Below are positions 10,370-23,230 of a DNA stretch of 64,000 bases, in pieces; within the stretch, counting starts at the first letter, position 1; every line of letters begins with the position of its first letter. Location: positions 1,862,985 to 1,926,984 of the forward strand of contig NC_057757.1 of assembly GCF_004010195.1 (NCBI RefSeq), read 5' to 3'. A program made the translations under genes and the position numbers. The DNA is from Chiloscyllium plagiosum (taxonomy: Eukaryota). Below the pieces are notes generated by a model. It worked only from the letters and a program-made list of their open reading frames with translations, made no database searches and was not told where the DNA came from.

Positions 10370-11030
10370 ACGATGTCCACATTGGAAGAAAGAATAGAAC
10401 AGGAGAATATTATTTGAGAGAAGCACTGCATTACAAAATGATCTGGAGTCCTTGAGTCATAAAATGTCAGCATTCAAATACAAGGAAATTAGGAAGGCAA
10501 ATAGAATATTAATTTCTGTAAAGAGATTGAAGCAGAAAATTAGGGATGTCTTGCACATTGGTGACACCACAGCTTGAATGCTGCAGTGTTTTGGTCATAT
10601 TACTTTTGGTGGCCCATATTTGTGTTGAAGGTGCACTAGACTGAATCCTGAGATGAAGGATTTATCTTAGGAGGAAGGGCTGAGTTAATTGAGCCTATAC
10701 CAATTGGAGATAAGAACAAAAGATTATTTTATTAAAACAAGATTCTGAGCAGGTTTGAAAATAGGGGGTCTCCAATTTAAGACAGGTGAAAAGGAATTTC
10801 TTCTCTCATTGGGTCATTTGTCTTTAGAAATCACTTCTCCAGCCAGCAACAAAATCTTGTCGCTGAATATATCCATAGCAAAGTTGGACAGATGTTTATG
10901 TGACAAGGAAATCAATGGGAAACAGACAAGAAAGTAGATTCAGGGTCTTAATCAGATTACCTAAGATCTTACTGAATAGCAGAGCTTGAGAATCTAAATA
11001 GCCAATTCGAGCTCCTATTTCAAATGTTAT
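10370..11030 (+). mobile_element. Old CR1 LINE 3' fragment
   Basis: Decayed CR1 post-RT sequence (TTGGTGACACCACAGCTTGAATGCTG..) and 3' UTR ending GCTCCTATTTC..ATG. Confidence 0.6.
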
Positions 11031-11109
11031 GAAGAACTATGTTTTTACATAGATATGCAAGTTAAAATTATTGTTCACATAATTCCATCCATCCTGTGGG
11101 ATGTTGGAG

Positions 11110-11905
11110 ATGTGGGATGGATCTTCAATTGCTTCATCAAGGACTTGCCCTTGCATATAGTGAGAAGTGGGTTGTTCACTGATGATTTGAAAGTGTTTGG
11201 TATCATCTGTAATGACTCAGGTACTGAAGCAATCCAAAAATGCCCACAAAGGTGTGGTAAACACCATCGCCAAGAGAATCTAACTATTGGCCCTTGATGT
11301 TCAACAGTATTACCAATGAACTTCCCATCATCAACATCCTAAAGATTACGGTTGGCCAGAAACTGAACTGGACCAGCCACTTAAAAATTCTGGCTCCAAA
11401 GAGCAGGTCAGAGGCTAGAAATTCTGAAGTAATTCACCTCTCAACTCACCAAAGAATATCTGCCCACAAGGTACAAATCAGAAATGTGATGAAATATTCT
11501 CCACTTGCCTGATGAGTGCAGCTCCCAAGCATAACACCAACCAGGAGTAATCCACTGAATTGGCACCATATCCACAAACCTTCACCAGTGAGGCACCATT
11601 CCACAAGATGCAGTGCAAAAGTTTACCAAGGCTACATAGAAAGCACTTTGAAAACCCAAGACCACCACCATCCAGAAAAACAAGGGCAGCACATACATGG
11701 AAATACCGCTACTTGCAATTTCCCCTTCAAACCCCACACCACCCTGACTTGAAAAGATACTGCCATTCTTTCAATTACTGAATCAAAATCCTGGAACTCT
11801 CTTTTAACAGCACTGTTGACTTTAGCAGTCAAGGCGAAGCTCACCACCATCTTCTTAAGGGCAATGAGGCAGTGAATCCCGCATCCCATGAATGAAGAAA
11901 AACAT
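11110..11905 (+). mobile_element. CR1/L2-group LINE fragment (second family)
   Basis: Decayed RT: IFNCFIKDLP.IVRSGLFTDD (YADD-region homolog); GQKLNWTSH; 3' end CATCCCATGAATGAAGAAAAA. Homologous to 50800-52870. Confidence 0.7.
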
Positions 11906-13260
11906 TCAAGACTGAGGAGGAGGAGGAATGTCTTCTCAGAGCATTGAGAGTCTTTGTAACTCCTTGCCACAGAGACTTGGAGAGGATTAGGTCCTTATGT
12001 ATACTTAAGCATTAGGATACACAAATTCTTGATCATTAGGGGAAAATAAATGGTTCAATGGAAAAGATAGCAAAGTGGACATGAAGAATGTTGGATCAAC
12101 CATGATCCTGTTCAATGGCAGAGCAGGTTCTAAGGCCAAAAAAGCCTATCCTGTTCCTATTTCTTATGGTCTAAGACTGAATAAAAATCTTCATCCTGAA
12201 GTGTATTGTTGCAGATATGCGTTCCTCAGTGGGATGCAGCGTAATAAACAAGGAGGAACAAACCTTTTCCAGAAGGCTTACTATCAGTGACTGTGTCCAT
12301 CAGCACTGATTGCTAATACTAATCCACCCCAATTCTGCTGCTTGATTTGCAATGTTAATTTTTACTCCTATCAAAATTTAGACATTTTGTATTATAGTTG
12401 TAAATGAAATGGTACACTGAATTCTATGCAAATAAACACATTCACAAAGTTAGCTTGATTCTGGACATTCTCAAGACACTGTTTACACATCAAATCTAGG
12501 TTTTCCGTTCTACTGCAGAGAAGTTGAAATATACCACAATTGTGAAATAGAAATAGTTTTTATTTTCATAGAGGGAGGAATGAACAGCACCTGCCTTCTG
12601 AAGCAATTAATAGTTGGGTGCTAACAATATAATTTGGGAAACACTTTCACAATAGTCTGTTTCTTTTAGAGTGTTAAGAGTACCCCTGTATTGTGTTTCT
12701 GGAAATAATTCATAAAACCTGATGCAGGCTTTTAAAGCAATACAATATTGATTTAAAAACACAGAATTTTTGCTGAATTATAGTGATCTAACAACTCTGA
12801 AAAGATACCAAATTCAGAAGCAGGATCAAGGTACTGTCACTTGCATGGCCACACAGAAAAGGAAGAAACATTAAATCATAAGCATTACATATGGGATTTG
12901 AAAATCTATCAATTGTGTAATTCAGAAATGATAATCTACAGTTAGGAGATTCCAAGAAAGAAAACTAAAAATTGATCCAATAATCTTTATGTGGGGACTA
13001 TTAAATTCCTGGAAGTTGCATATTTACAACCAAAGAAAAATAACAAGGTGGTCAGAGGAGTTACTAATCATTTTTTTTAAAATTCACTCAGAGGATGTAA
13101 GACCATTATTTATCACCCAAACATAAATGCCATCATGAACCTTTCTGAATACAATTGAGTGGTTTGCTAGGCTATTTCAGTTAAAAGTCACTGTCATTGC
13201 TCTGGAGTTACATGCAGGCCAGACCAGATAAGGATGGCAGATTACCTTAAAAAGAATTAC

Positions 13261-13398
13261 CGAACTGGGTAGGTACAAGTCACAAAGATTAATTTTATTT
13301 TGGTCCAGTTCGTTATATTTAATTAATTGAAGAGTTCTCCTGCTGTTTGCTTCTGGATACATAGTGAAGGTCACTAGATTTATGTACGAGTCTAGTAC
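13261..13398 (-). CDS. Unidentified minus-strand gene, internal exon
   Basis: Acceptor ctatattag|, donor |gtaatt, 138 nt, phase 0-0, open: VLDSYINLVTFTMYPEANSRR...CDLYLPSS. Confidence 0.55.
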
Positions 13399-13687
13399 CT
13401 AATATAGTTCATACAACAGCGATGAAACAACAGATGTAGAGAGGAAAGGATCTAAAGCAGATGTGGAATCACAATGTACATCTAATCACAAACTGGGCAT
13501 AGTACAGCCAGAATCAATTTTGGTGAAACCTGTCTAAATCTCTGGAGGCATTTACTCGGCTATGATTAGGTTATGTGTGTGTGGTGTGGTTGGGGAGGGG
13601 GGCAAGAACCATTTATAAGGAGTAAACTATTTCAATTGCATACAAACCCCCAAAATACTGAAGACAGCCCTTTTATCCCACTCTTAC

Positions 13688-13905
13688 CCAGACTTCCCTG
13701 AACTCTCCATAACAGCACAAAATGATTTGGATATTCAGTACATGCAAACCATGGTGTGCTGCTGTGGTGAATACAGGTATTTTGGGATGAAGGGTATGTG
13801 GAGATTGAGAGAAGCCAGCAATTTCCTTTAGCACATCGCTCTGAAACAAATAGTGAAAATAACATTTAGCGACAGATAAGGCATCATCCACAATTATTTG
13901 TCTCC
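13688..13905 (-). CDS. Unidentified minus-strand gene, internal exon
   Basis: Acceptor ggttctacag|, donor TGG|gtaaga, 218 nt, phase 1-0, open: GRQIIVDDALSVAKCYFHYLFQ...CCYGEFREVW. Confidence 0.7.
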
Positions 13906-14237
13906 CTGTAGAACCAGCCAGTCTTTGCCACAAAACCTTTTCATTCTACATACAGTACCATGTTGCAAAAGTCTGATTCATTGTCTAATTCCAAAACTAA
14001 GTTATATTGTAAAATACAGTTTTAACTCTAGAAAAATTGGGGTATCTGGAAAAACTGGGAAAAACAAGTGCAACTCAAGCAAACTTGGAGTTAATTACAA
14101 TCAAAAGGCAAGCTTTATTTCTCTTCAAAGTCAGATTAACATGAAAGTCATAAACAATAGGGGGTCTTCACTCAAGATCTACCCTTCCTTCAGTAAAAGG
14201 TTTTGAACATATACACAGTTTACATATGGAAGAACTT

Positions 14238-15250
14238 TGTAAACGTGGGAGTTTACGGACCAAAGAAGTCTGGAGAAAGAGTCATTAAACGCTATTGGCA
14301 ATATTAATCATTCATATGGGTTGAAGAATCTAACAGTAGCACTGAAGTAATTTGTTTACATTTTGTATTTGAGAAAATCCAAAAGATTGCCTTAGGCCTG
14401 GGCTTTTTATTTAAAATGGGAGATTGCTAACAGGAACAAGTAATTCAGTTAGAAAGACAGTTGCAGTTTTGGTTTGGAGTGCTGTTCAGATTTGGGAGAG
14501 CCAAAGGAAATAATCTGCGTCAAGACTACATTTTGAGCAAAGAAAATACTAACTTTATCACTTAATAAGCAGAATGAGTGAGGCTCACATTCAGTCTGGA
14601 ATTCATAGGAGAGAAAACACTGGAAAATTGACTAGCTTGAAACTTGAGGAAGAAACCACCCCATGAAGTTTACTGCTCCTTCCAGCAGAAGCCAGTTTGG
14701 TTGAAACCAGTCAGCTTGATCAATTTCGAACAGGCAGACATATTATCTGCTCAGAACGGAGATACAGCTCTGGAATCAACAGCTATACAGAAGCTGAGGA
14801 ACACAGAGGAAGTTCCTGACATTTAAGTTATTAATAGGACTTTGAAGCCTATCCTTCACTAGACTCTAGAACTAGAGTTTACAGTCATGAAGTCTTTCAA
14901 GAAAATGACATCTCTTACCCAAAAGCAAATGAAAGAATTCCAATGAAATTTCATAACTGAGAAAAGTTAGAATATTTAGGAGAATTAAAAATAAATCCAG
15001 AGGGCTGCAGCTAACCTTGTATATTGATCCCTAAAGCAGAGAATGAGCACAAGATTCTTGTGCAAAGAAACTCACGGTGGAAAAGATAGAACTTTGTTTT
15101 AGTCTTTATGGCTACAGTGTAAAGATAGTGCTGCTTGTTTAATTTTCCTTGATATAAAATAAAATTTATTTTGTTTAAAAAAATTATATCACTATTTCAC
15201 CTTTTTAAATAGAGTGCTCAAATTTCTCTTCAAACGTGTACAGTCATAAC
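14238..15250 (+). mobile_element. Possible highly decayed solo LTR
   Basis: Unique ~1 kb block starting TGT.., with AATAAA at ~15158 and ending ..GTCATAAC, like fish/shark Gypsy LTR ends; no TSD seen. Confidence 0.25.
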
Positions 15251-15532
15251 TCCTTTTACAGAGCCAAAAGGTGGACTGGCCAGAAATAAAGACACATTTT
15301 TCACATTGAATCTATCCATAATCTTTACTCCTCCTTTCTCCAAAGGTAAGGTGTTTTATTTTTGAAGGAATAAGAAAAGAAATCACATCATATTTATACA
15401 AATATCTAAAAATCTAGAATGGAATGCATCTCCATTTGTAATTTTATGTTTTTAAAATTACAGCACAGACTTTAATCCATTAATATTGCACTATGTACAG
15501 CAGTTTCCAAAATATTTGCCAGGTGACTTTAC

Positions 15533-15585
15533 CAATGAAGGCATGCCCGTACTGGGTTTCTTGTGTAGTTTTCAGTAGACACTCC
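15533..15585 (-). CDS. Unidentified minus-strand gene, internal exon
   Basis: Acceptor tcttatggccttatag|, donor G|gtaaag, 53 nt, phase 2-1, ECLLKTTQETQYGHAFI-G, joining the 13905 exon in frame. Confidence 0.6.
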
Positions 15586-15589
15586 CTAT

Positions 15590-16478
15590 AAGGCCATAAG
15601 ATGTAAGTGCAGAATTAGGCCATTTGGCCCACTGCGTCGGCTGTGCCATTTGATCAAAGTTGATATGATTATCAACCCCATTCTCCTGCCTTCTCCCTGT
15701 AACCCTTGATCCCCTCACCAGACAAGAACTTCTGTTTTAAAGTCACTCAATGACTTTGCCATAAAGGGCTGTGGAGGCTGCATGTTACACATATTCACCA
15801 TCCTCTAGCTGAAGAAAATTCCTCATCTCAGTCCTAAAGGATTCTCCCTTCACTCCAGAGCTGTACCCTTGGGTCCTGGTCTCTCCTACTTATGGAAACA
15901 TCTTCTCCATGTCCAATCTACCCAGGTGCCTCAGCACTTTCTAAGTTTCAATTAGGATTCCCCCTAATCCTCCTAAACTTCAAGTACAGAGTCTTCAACA
16001 CCTCATATGACACCGCTTCATCCTGAGCATCATTCTCGAGAACCTCCTCTGGACCCCCACCAAAGCCAGCACACCCTTCCTTAGAAATGGGACCTAACCT
16101 GCTCACATTATTCCAAATGCAGTCTGACGAGAGCCTTACACAGTCTCAGCAGTACATTCCTGCTTTTGTATTCTAGCCCTCTTGAAATGAATACTAACAC
16201 TGCATTTTCCTTCGCAATTGCTAACTGAACCTGCATGTAAACCTTGAGAATTCTGAACTAGGACTCCTGAAGCACTCCTTTGTGCTTCAGATTTCCGAGG
16301 GCTATCCCAATTTAGAAAACGGTCTATGCTTCTATTCTTCCTAGCAAGTGCATAACCTCACACTTTCCTACAGTGTATTTCACTGCAACGTCCTTGCCCA
16401 CTCTCCCAGCCTGTCCAAATTCTTCTGCAGCCTCCCGGTTATTCAATACTACCTGTCCCTCCACCTATGTTTGTGCCC
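15590..16478 (-). mobile_element. CR1 LINE 3' portion
   Basis: Reverse complement of the RT C-terminal region (KVGG..GSIE, LVRLHLE..) and 3' UTR with a (CTTATG)-like tail. Confidence 0.85.
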
Positions 16479-16588
16479 AATTCGTTTTGACTGCTCACGG
16501 TGAAATCAACAAAGAAGGTAACAGGTCATAAAAGGTCGATCATTTTTTATTTAACATACTGCTCGATATTTTCTGATCCTCCATTCAC

Positions 16589-16642
16589 TGCTCAGACAGT
16601 TTTGGGAAGTCAACCCAGTTGAAATTTATTTTCTGTATCTTG
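16589..16642 (-). CDS. Weak candidate exon of minus-strand gene
   Basis: Acceptor tacttttggttgtcag|, weak donor CA|gtgaat, phase 2-2, KIQKINFNWVDFPKLSE-Q, in frame with the 15585 exon. Confidence 0.3.
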
Positions 16643-17970
16643 CTGACAACCAAAAGTAGTCAACAGAAAGTCATTAGGAATGCAGCATTCCCAATTTACT
16701 TGGAGCTATTGAAAAGATCCCACCAAAACAAAACTACAGCTCCCCCTTTTCCAAACGTTTCAAGGTCCAAGCTTTCATTAGGCAAATGCTCATAATACCA
16801 TCATTGAAATCAGGGGCTCACTGCGTTCATAAATCGGAGACCCTAAACCATTTTCCATTCACCACACCGAGTAGCAGATATCCCAAGAGTTTATCTTTGA
16901 GTTAGCTACAGGTTGGTATTGTGGCACAATACTTACCTTTCCAACAAAACAAATCACTAGTGATAATCTGCACACTTCACAAGCTACAGCATTGGAGCGG
17001 AGGACACATTACTCTGTAAAGCAAGATGCCAGAAATAATTAATAAACAGAAAATGTAAAACATTCAGCACATATGTTGTAGAAACATCAAAACAGAGAAC
17101 TTCTCATTTAATTCGAAATAAAACAGAAAATGCTGGAGAAATTCAGTATGTCTGCTAGCATCTGTGAAGAGACACAGAGTTAATGTTGAGCTCTATCCAC
17201 TTTGATAACTCTTCATACCTTTACCAAAATGACATTTTAAATTTGAATAAATGAAGAACAGTTAAAAGATTCTGCTGTATGACTCCCATTGGCAAAAAGC
17301 TGTATGAAGTGAGATATATTTTCTATCACATGGCTCTACTTTAGTTTTCAGAGTGAAGCCCGACAGAATTCGCACACTGAATAGCAACAGAGATTAATCA
17401 GCAACAAGTTTAATTGTTTTTGTGCAACAGCTATCAAGATGTGAATGTGTAGCAAAAAAATCTTTCAGCCTTCTAACCCATATTTCCATGCTCAATGAGA
17501 CTGGTAAATACCTGAACCTCAATGTTAAGTCACATGGATGTGTTATAGGATGACACAGAACAGATTGCTAAAATAATCAGTCATCCATTTTAAGTAGGAT
17601 TGCACAAAACAGCAACATTGAATGTTTAAACAACCCTCAAAAACTGCCCTATTATACATTTAAACAAAATTACTTTTAAAAAATTATACAAAGAGTGCAA
17701 AATAAAACATTCGTAGAAGATCTGAAACAACCTCAAACATTGAATAGGAAGAGAGAGCATTATATTTCCATTTCAAACTAAAACCTGAAGGCATCAAATA
17801 ATAGGCCAATACCTATTCCATTGATTAAAATAACCACACAACAGAATGCCAAGTATAAAGTTTTAGAATAATGTAGCCTAATTTTTTTTTCTCTTTCCTT
17901 AATTCCAGGTTATAAAATTTACATCGCACATGCTCTCTCAATACATAGCCTCAAGGAGCTTTCCCAACAA

Positions 17971-18073
17971 AGGGTAAAAACAATGATTGCAGATGCTGGA
18001 AACTAGATTCTGGATTAGAGTGGTGATGGAAAAGGCAGCATCTGAAGTTCTTTTCCAGCACCACTCTAATCCA
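17971..18073. mobile_element. Mini fold-back PLE derivative
   Basis: GGATTAGAGTGGTG.TGGAAAAG / CTTTTCCAGCACCACTCTAATCC inverted arms; 12-bp TSD CTTTCCCAACAA at 17959-17970 and 18074-18085. Confidence 0.8.
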
Positions 18074-18970
18074 CTTTCCCAACAATACCAACTGGCCAGG
18101 GGTCATACCTTGCAATCAAAGGCATACATGCCTCAGAACCTTATTTCACCTTTTGGAGGCTTTCCTACTTGCAATAAAATGTTTGAGAAACTACTGTTAA
18201 GCCATTCTGTTTCTTTATTCCATTGTGGAATACACTGTTTAGGATATATTCAGTATTATTTTTTCCCAAAAATGCCCTAATTAATATAAATCTATATTAA
18301 GCCACATTTGCCTCATGTCATATCATTCCATTGTCCTCTTGCTTTCCCCTAATTTGATGTTCCTCTAGAGCAACCATGGGAGAAGAACAAAATCATTGTT
18401 TGAGAGAATTCTTAAGCAAGTCCCCAATGGTTACACTTAAAAATATTTCTTCAATGCCAATGTTAGCCAAAACTAATCAATAATCTTTTACAATATATTA
18501 GTGACCAAACAAGATTATTTTGTTTGGAGGAAATATGACAACAGAAACAAGAGAGAGACTTGAGATCATATCAAGGATGACAAAAAGCTCAGAGAGAGAT
18601 CACAGTGATTTCACTTTTGGGAAATAGCATTCCTGTACTGCTGAATCTCTGCTCCTGTATACCTTTAAAATTTTCACCATTTACGGCATAGCATTTAGTT
18701 CCATCTCTTAACTGCACGAGAATTGAACAAATGAGGAAACATCTAATCAATCTTTATTTGTTCACCTTGAAGTTAACCCAAGTAGCAATGACGATTTGGT
18801 TGAAAACCTGACAACTTCAAATCAAGTTAAACAAGCAATGCTTAAGTACTTTAAACAGAAGAACATAAAACTTTGCAGATGGCCTTGAGAGGAATCCTTC
18901 ATAGATTTTCTCTGGTAGACAATACAAAAGTACAAATGATCTCTAACTTTCCTCATAGTTACTGCTAGAG

Positions 18971-19165
18971 TTGAGAGCGTGATGCTGGAAAAGTATAACA
19001 GGTCAGGTAGCATCCAAGAAGCAGGAGAATCAACATTTCAGGCATAGGCCCTTCATCAGGAAAGATCCTGCTTCTGCTCCTCGGATGCTGCCTGACCGAC
19101 TGTGCTTTTCCAGCACCACACTCTTGACTCTGATCTCCAGCATCTGCAGTCCTCACTTTCTCCAC
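18971..19165. mobile_element. Fold-back PLE terminal element with hammerhead motif
   Basis: Inverted arms of the PLE 3' terminus; minus-strand CTGATGA-agggcctatgcct-GAAA at ~19030-19062; 17-bp TSD CATAGTTACTGCTAGAG at 18954-18970 and 19166-19182. Confidence 0.85.
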
Positions 19166-20329
19166 CATAGTTACTGCTAGAGACTAGCATGAGGAAATAG
19201 GTTATGTGACTCAATGAACAAAGCTCTATTCAGCGAGAAGTTGCCGAAAATATTGCTCCCAACATAGTTCAGCTATTGGGATCATCTACTGTTATCTGCA
19301 TTAGAAATGTATACCCTTTCAGTTGAAAAAAATACAGTGGCAAATAACAAGAAAATTATCTATGTGACTTTGACATAAGCGTAATTCAGTCTTGGATAAA
19401 AACAAAGCAAATAAGGTAAACATGATCCATTACCAATGGTACAATTAAGCTGCCTTTTAAAACAAACATAACCTTATAGGAAGCCAAAGATTTAAAAGAT
19501 TTTAACTCCAGCTGTGGTGATATATGCTCTCAAGATCCACTTAGAAATTCTGAAATAATCAACGGAATGAAACATCATATTTTTAGATCATGAACACAGA
19601 TTTTGAAGATACCACTTGTTACAATATTTCTTCTCAGCTGGCCAACTCGGTAGGCATATCATCACTTGTAACATCTATCTTTCTCAGGCTGGTGATGAAA
19701 GTGGTCTCTTAAGTTCCTTTAAAAAGAATCTGAACTACTGACGCAAAGAACAACAGGAAGCAAAATAGGGACAAGTATAATGTTCCTATTGGTGTCATCT
19801 GAAGACCCATTTTACAAGCAGAAACCATGGAAAAATATACACAAGTCTTTTCCAATAACCAGTGAAGTAACAGAATTTCTGATTGCTACAAAAACATTTC
19901 AAAACTCGTAGAACTAGTTATTTCCAAGTAATTCCCTCAATTTTTGAAACCAAATATTTCCAGATTCCAATTTGAAATGTGCATCTCGCAGATCCACTAT
20001 AGCTTACTAGTCTCCTGGCTATAGTACTTGACTATGTTCCATTATTTCTTCAAGAGTTCTACAATCATGATAAACTTAGTACTTTCAAAAACATGGAAAG
20101 TCCTTAGTACAAATCTCTTGAAGATAGTCGACACGACAGAGTTGGATTGAAGTATTTCCATGCTGTATGACTCTATGAAGTCATTTATATCTTCAGCATC
20201 CCCTGCAAATGAATGTTTCTAATGCTCATAGTGAGCCATTTCAATGCACTATTGAAGAAGTTGAGATTTAAGCTGAACGATTAGGCTGAAAACCATCAGC
20301 AATTCAGTATGTGACTAATGAACAATATC

Positions 20330-20945
20330 CAATCAAGAAAGCTAATGAGCGCTGGCCTTTATACCTAGAGGACTGGAGTGAAAGTTATGCTACAGTTATT
20401 CAAAACGCTGGTTATACCCAACATGGGAGCACAGAGCAGATCTGCACACCACACCTTGGGAAAAATATATTGGCCTTGGAAGAAGTACAACATAGATTAC
20501 AAGAATGATACATAGACTTCAGAGGTTAAATCTGAGGAGAAATTATACAAATAGGCCTGTTTTCTCTAGAATTTCTCTAGAAGATTAAGGGGGTGATCTG
20601 ATTAAAGTCTTCAAGGTATTAACAGAAAAAACAGGACAAAGATAAACTATTTCCTCTCACTGGGGATTCTAGAACTAGAGACATAGTCTGAGAATTCGGG
20701 CCAGGTGCTGAGGAAACACATTAGGAAGGACTTCAACAGACAAAAAGAATGGTAAATGTTTGGAATGGCAGCAGATGCTGAGTCAGTTTTTAATTTTAAA
20801 TCAGAGATAAATAAAATTTTGTTAAGTATTAAGAGATATGGGCCAGAGGCAAGTATATGTGGTTTGGCCACAGATCAGCCCTGATCTTACTGAATGGTAA
20901 AACAGTCTCAAAGGCTAAATGGTCCACTCTAGTTCAACGTTCTTC
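20330..20945 (+). mobile_element. CR1 LINE 3' fragment
   Basis: Decayed frame ..PHLGKNILALEEVQHR.. and CR1 3' UTR. Confidence 0.75.
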
Positions 20946-21151
20946 TGCTCCACATCAGACATTTCATCAGACCTGACTGCTGCCACTAACTAGGAAAACT
21001 ATCTTTTTGTAGTGAAAAATTGTTGACAGATTCCACAGACAGTAAACTATGTTGTAGTAGCCTGTAGTGAATACTGCTTCGATTACTGCTTTTGACCGTG
21101 CATTAATATCTGCTAGATTATTTTTCTTTCCCTTTTTCCCAAACTCTTATA

Positions 21152-21481
21152 TGGGCAGCATAGTGGCTCAGTGGGTAGCCACTGCTGTCTCAAAGCATCA
21201 GGGACCCAGGTTAAATTTCGACCTCCAGCAATTGTCAGTGTGGTGTTTGCATATTATCCCCGTGTCTACATGGGCTTTCTCCCACAGCCCAAAGAAGTGC
21301 ATGTAGATGGACTGGCCATACTTAAATTGTCCACAGTACTCAGGGATGCATAGGTTATATGCATTATCCATGAGGTTACAGGATATGGTAGAGGGCTGGG
21401 TCTCAGTGGGATGCTCTTCAGAGGGTTGGTGCAGATTTTATGGGCCGAGAGGCCTCCTTCTACGGTAGGGGTGCTATGATT
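21152..21481 (+). mobile_element. HE1-related SINE, old full-length copy
   Basis: GGGCAGCATAGTGGCTCAGTGG head, HE1 core, CTATGATT tail. Confidence 0.8.
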
Positions 21482-21929
21482 ACAATTGTAGTGATAGGCC
21501 CTCTAGTGTATCTATGCCTGGAAGGAATTATCTGACTTTCTGGAAAGTGAAATTGCCTTTTAGGCAATGCTGGTCATACCCTTCATAATATAGCTGAAAA
21601 AGACTGAAGACATCAGAAACAAAGGCTCAAGCATAGTCACTGAAAACTTAAACCAGAATTGAGGTCCACTCTTCACATTTTTGACAGGTGATTTACTTTC
21701 TCCTTTTTAGGATCATCACTAACTGAAAAGACTATTAAGGCAACTAAAGGCATTACAGAAATGAAGGTACAATTAAACAGGAAATGAGTAAAGAGAAAAA
21801 GCCTCAAATGCATTACAAGAAAGATCGCCAGATTCCCAAAATGGCATAAAGACAAAATAACAAGATCTACTTAAGTATAGAAAAAGGAAGCATGGGGGCA
21901 AAAAGTCATATAAAGCTCTTTACAAAATC

Positions 21930-23230
21930 TCACTGACAGCTGCATTTATACAATGCCTTTAACATAATAAAAAGGCCCAATGAGCTTCACAAGAACATTA
22001 TTAAAGGAATTTTGCACCAAGTCCAGATGACCTAAATCTTGGTCAGACATAAATTTTAAAGATTGTCAAGTGTATTCAAGACAATGCATACATTAAAAAA
22101 AGTCAAGTTTTACAAGGTCACATCGAATCCCATTCGTGATTTTGATATGCATAATTTTGATATGTAAACCTGATATAACAATTCAGGGGAAATGCATACA
22201 CTATCAGAAGGAACTGCTATACAGAAGTGACCCCAGGTGATTTTAAATGCAAACAGTGCAATATTGCCAATCAAAAGTGTATGCAGGATCCAAGGAGATC
22301 ATGGCACAGATTCAGATTAGACAATATAGGCACATGAGGATAAGAATCTTGAAATTCATTTGTTGGCAACAGGGAACTTGTGGAAGCTAATGAGGATCTG
22401 AGTCACAGAACTGCAAGTCTTTGAGCAGGTGAAGATAACAAAGAATAACAGCATTCCATGTTAATTGCAGTTTGTGGAGAGTGAAGGAGGCCAGCTAGCA
22501 TAGCAAAGAAGAAATATAAAGCATTAATAATGACATTGGTTAAAGCGTTAGCTGCAGTGGTTTAAAAAAAAAGTGTTGTAGAGACAGACAACGCTAGCAA
22601 GCTTGAAGGAATAAACATGGAGGACAGCAATTCAGCTTGTGGTCAAACAAAGACCTATGATCTACATCAATATCAGGAATGTTCCAAGGTGGTATGCAGG
22701 AGATTAAGTTAAAAGCACTGACCAAAGAAAATCAAAATGACTTCTCCCAGTTTTATTTAAATTTAACTAGATTCAGTTTAAAGTCAAATGATGGGCATGA
22801 AATTAAGTCAAAAGAAGAAAAGATTATGTTCTTGACTTCATCAAGCTGCACAAAACTAGGAAAAAGGATAGGAAATAGATCATTGATGGGATAAAGTAAT
22901 GCTGCCATTTTATAACTAAAATCAGGGGAGATAATTACAAGGAGTGGGAATGCAGGGCTTTTGAAGAATAGAATCAAAGGAGGATAAGGAGATACAAAAA
23001 TCACAAAGCATGGCAAGTCTGAAAGAAGCAATGTCTGTGTTTTGGCAGAACAGACATGAGATTATTGAGTGAGAGTGATAAGGCAGATAGATCAACAGGT
23101 GAGACGAGGGCAATATTTAATGGTAGTAAAGGAGGGCACAATATACAATTTTGAAGCAGCAGGATATTGACAGCTGTCTTGAAGGAGTTACAGATTAAGA
23201 AAGAGGACAGAAAACAATGGTTTAGAATTG
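21930..23230 (-). mobile_element. Very old L2-like LINE relic
   Basis: Purine-rich plus strand with remnants typical of reverse-oriented L2 (ATGCCTTTAACATAATAAAA..CCC, AGCAGGTGAAG, GAGCAGCAGGATATTG); heavily decayed. Confidence 0.4.

Noticed and set aside
16937-17013. Minus-strand segment with a perfect AAG|gtaagt donor and tttacag acceptor
   Set aside because: Stops in all three frames from the best acceptor, and I could not link it in phase to neighbouring exons; it may be non-coding or use another acceptor.
18860-18915. SSQGHLQ peptide resembling DNAAF9
   Set aside because: Only a 7-residue match from memory, with no flanking similarity or convincing splice sites.
21697-21722. Possible 26-nt minus-strand micro-exon (SDDPKKEK)
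   Set aside because: Plausible acceptor but weak donor, and too short to support without transcript data.
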